A DNA stretch of 64,000 bases, taken from the NCBI GenBank assembly GCA_964016885.1, contig OZ024741.1, positions 308,760,001 through 308,824,000 on the forward strand. The letters run 5' to 3'. A program made the position numbers and the translations under genes. The notes under the pieces were generated by a model that saw only the letters and a program-made list of their open reading frames with translations, searched no databases and was not told the origin of the DNA. Positions 60,473 to 64,000 of the stretch are shown one piece after another (within the stretch, counting starts at the first letter, position 1; every line of letters begins with the position of its first letter). The DNA is from Eledone cirrhosa (Eukaryota).

Positions 60473-60660
60473 CATATATATATATATATCGACATTTTTC
60501 TAATTCCATCCCGCCCGTCCCCTCAATCTATCTTATTTCTCATTCTTTTTTCTGATGAAGAACTAACGTCCGAAACGTTAAGACCCTCTTCCTGCTATTT
60601 CAAGCGTTCACCTAATATATTCCTTCTATATACTGTACCGATTGTGTTGTTATTTCTGTT
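60190..60660 (+). mobile_element. Degenerate Penelope-like 3' fragment (endonuclease remnant plus hammerhead-bearing tail)
   Basis: Stop-interrupted MATHETARAR...YIYW.H...W...N.TK...E loosely resembles the second half of a GIY-YIG domain. It is followed by the 60548 hammerhead. Confidence 0.35.
60548..60583 (+). ncRNA. Minimal hammerhead ribozyme, partly degenerate
   Basis: ttt-CTGATGA-agaactaacgtcc-GAAAC-GTT-aag, with palindromic AACGTT. Confidence 0.6.
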
Positions 60661-60700
60661 TGCCTTTTACTTACACACATATATATATGTGTGTGTGTGT

Positions 60701-60860
<160 letters not shown>

Positions 60861-61347
60861 CAATTCTCATCATTTTTCCATTCAGAGGGATTTTTAAATC
60901 TCCACTAATAGGCTAATTTTATTTATATGCGGGTACTTATACATGTGTATTTACATTTTATGCAAATACACATGTAAGAAGAAGAATTTTACTTGAAACC
61001 TGCGGTGTTTGTAGTTTCTCATTGTCTAACACACACACATGCACAAACAACTAAGAACTCACACACACACGCATACACCAACAATGTAAGTCTCTGGGAC
61101 ACCCACGTGTTCCCCCACACACACAGACTAAAGTAACACACACCTTCCAATTTCATCCCTTCGGCACAGACAAAACCACACCCATGACACCCTGGTACCA
61201 TCCACTTCGGCTGCCACCCCCAAGGCCCGACCTATCACCTACCACCTCCAACCTATCAATCTTCTCCCAACACCCTTTTCCTACCTACCTTTCCTAACTT
61301 TCACATACTACTTTCATATACCTACCTGTTCTCTCCTTATCCGAACT

Positions 61348-61381
61348 TTCCTGATGAATGACTTCTGTCCGAAACGTCGAA
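61348..61381 (+). ncRNA. Minimal (PLE-type) hammerhead ribozyme
   Basis: ttc-CTGATGA-at gac ttct gtc c-GAAAC-GTC-gaa. Stem III is absent, with a self-complementary ACGT as in dimer-forming minimal hammerheads. Confidence 0.75.
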
Positions 61382-61505
61382 CCCTCCAACCGTGAACCTA
61401 ATATAACGGTGTATTTTTGCATCCCTGTGTTTCTTTTGTTTCATGTATTAACTATGTATATATACACACATATATATATATATGTCTGTGTGTATATACA
61501 CACAT

Positions 61506-62007
<502 letters not shown>

Positions 62008-62127
62008 TATATATATAGTAATAATAATAAATTTGGAGACTAAAATCCAAAGAGGGCTCGATAAGGATAAATATATATCAAATATATAAGAACCATAGAG
62101 CAAATATTTATTAAAATAACAGATTAA

Positions 62128-62177
62128 AGTTTAAGCAAAGAATCGCTGCTTTCACCCTTAACGGGATCTTCTGAAAA
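62128..62177 (-). ncRNA. Hammerhead-like ribozyme (CAGAAGA) in the inverted pLTR
   Basis: Reverse complement of the 63829 motif; stem I is shortened. Confidence 0.6.
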
Positions 62178-62209
62178 ATCAATCTGTGAACGCAGAAGTA
62201 AATATTTCG

Positions 62210-62803
62210 ACCCCAGCACATAAATATAGTAACATTTTTTATAGAAATACCATTAAAATTTCTTACTCTACGACTCTTAACCTTGCACATAACATCACAG
62301 CTTCAAATTTAGCTAAATTACCTAGCCGTAGGAACACGTGCAACCCTATAGCTAGTACTAACTGTAATTGTAGGAATCGGGTTGACTGCCCCCTATCCGG
62401 GAAATGCCTCTCTAGTAACATTGTCTACAAATGTAAGGTTGAAACACCCACGTCCCGTAGGGCCTACATAGGGTTAACCGCCAATAGATTCAAGCAGCGT
62501 CTTTACATGCATACCCATTCTTTTCTTAACCCTTTAAGAAGGAATATGACGTCACTTTCAGCTTATATCTGGAGTCTAAAAGACAACCACACCCAATATA
62601 AGTTACACTGGGAGATCCTAGCTGAGGCTAGATCGTATAACGGAAATAAAAGACCATGTGACCTCTACGCCGCTGAGGCCCTGGAAATACTCTACGCCAA
62701 AGCCCACATCTTAAACAAAAGATCTGAGGCAATTTCCGCTTGTAAACATAAATTGCACAAAACTTTCCTGTATTACAGCCCCACATTATACCCTAACGCA
62801 TAG
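62210..62803 (+). mobile_element. Penelope-like retroelement ORF, 3' part: end of RT thumb, Cys-rich linker and GIY-YIG endonuclease (Neptune-type); 5'-truncated
   Basis: Translation contains TIKISYS, CNCRNRVDCPLSGKC, NIVYKC...YIGLT..FKQR...H..SF, LSAYIW.LK, WEIL and LNKRSE...CKH. This is the motif order of PLE C-terminal GIY-YIG domains. The listed start at 62186 lies in the inverted terminal repeat, not in coding sequence. Confidence 0.9.
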
Positions 62804-63828
62804 TACGAACTATACGCAGATATTTTACGTCTTGATGTGGTAGCTAAGTATAAGTTATGTTTATACTATTACTTATTTGTATAGGTAAGTATATATTACC
62901 TGTATGTTTTGTGAAGGTACGTATACTTTCTCGTACGTATCTTGTATATGTTATAGACGTATATATTGTATTATATATACCGGTACATGTGCATATGGTT
63001 ATGTGTATACGTGAGTTTTGCGTCTGTGTGAGTATGCGGGTTCGTACGTATGTAGGGTGTGTGTATATGTGTACTTTGCGTTTTGGTTGTCGTACGTCTG
63101 CGAACATATGTGTATTTACATGTAGGTATGTGTGTGCGCGCGTTATATACGTATTTATATACGTTTATATAATTATATGTATACACGCACACACACACAC
63201 ATATATATATATTTTTTATATATATTTTTATGTGTATTTGGTGTATACATTCGAATATGTGCGGGTACAGGCGTTGCGTGGGTTCTGTATGTGCGTGCGT
63301 GTTTTTTTTTGAGTACGTGCTTGCATTTGCATACCCATGGCTAGTGTTTTCGCGTATGCATGTGTATGTACGTATTTGGATGCGTGCATGTATATATATT
63401 TAATTTCATTTACCTCTGTAATTTATTTACATTATTCTTAACTCTGAAGCCGAGAATCATTCGGTTTCCTAAATAGAATTTTAGTCTACGACTTCAGTTA
63501 TACCATAAACGTGGTTTTGTCTTTGCGTGTAATTGTTCTCAACGATCCACATAATGATATATCTTCGTTTTTTCCGTTCATTGCCAGAGAAGGTCTCCAT
63601 GAACCACCTAATAGAATATTAGTCTACGACTTCTTTTATACCATAAACGTGGTTTTGTCTGCGTGTAATTGTTTTTCACCGCTCCAAATAATGACGTATT
63701 ATCTTCGTTTTTTTCCGTTCTTTGCCAGGAAATGTTTCCACGAACCAAAGTATCGTCTTCCTGTCTTCCTTCGGTTGCAACGTTTTTAGAAATATTTACT
63801 TCTGCGTTCACAGATTTATTTATTTTTT

Positions 63829-63879
63829 AGTTTCAGAAGATCCCGTTAAGGGTGAAAGCAGCGATTCTTTGCTTAAACT
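63829..63879 (+). ncRNA. Hammerhead-like ribozyme with variant core CAGAAGA in the Penelope pLTR
   Basis: agttt-CAGAAGA-t ccc gttaa ggg t-GAAA-gca gcgattctt tgc-TT-aaact. Stems I, II and III all pair. Confidence 0.7.
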
Positions 63880-63899
63880 TTGATCTGTTATTTTAATAA

Positions 63900-63959
<60 letters not shown>

Positions 63960-64000
63960 GGGTGTGTGGGTGTGTGTGGGGGGGAGTGTACATATACATA

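Larger units (their letters stand above)
62017..63905 (+). mobile_element. Whole Penelope-like insertion with inverted 5' copy of its 3' pseudo-LTR, flanked by (TA)n
   Basis: ~62100-62208 is the reverse complement of ~63790-63900. There is a ~140-bp tandem duplication at 63481 and 63619, and long (TA)n tracts on both sides. Confidence 0.85.

Overview
This is AT-rich, microsatellite-saturated eukaryotic DNA. The repeat content (tRNA-derived SINEs, RTE LINEs, TA/CATA arrays) is most like an octopus or other cephalopod genome; that assignment is inference. Most listed ORFs are translations of simple repeats. Real coding remnants are a Penelope-like GIY-YIG endonuclease (62.2-62.8 kb), an RTE LINE 3' part with three C2H2 fingers, an R4/Dong-type restriction-like endonuclease, a CR1-type RT and several RTE fragments. 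A few minus-strand exon candidates (best at 15531-15693) suggest the 5' region of a large gene. The main finding is a set of Penelope-type terminal elements inserted in (TA)n. At least 8 hammerhead-ribozyme cores were read by eye, several non-canonical (CAGAAGA core, U-U or C-A closing stem II). Many lie in fold-back palindromes. Five to six otherwise dissimilar families share a covarying RCTC...GAGY hairpin 3' of the ribozyme. There is a 200-N assembly gap at 21049-21248.
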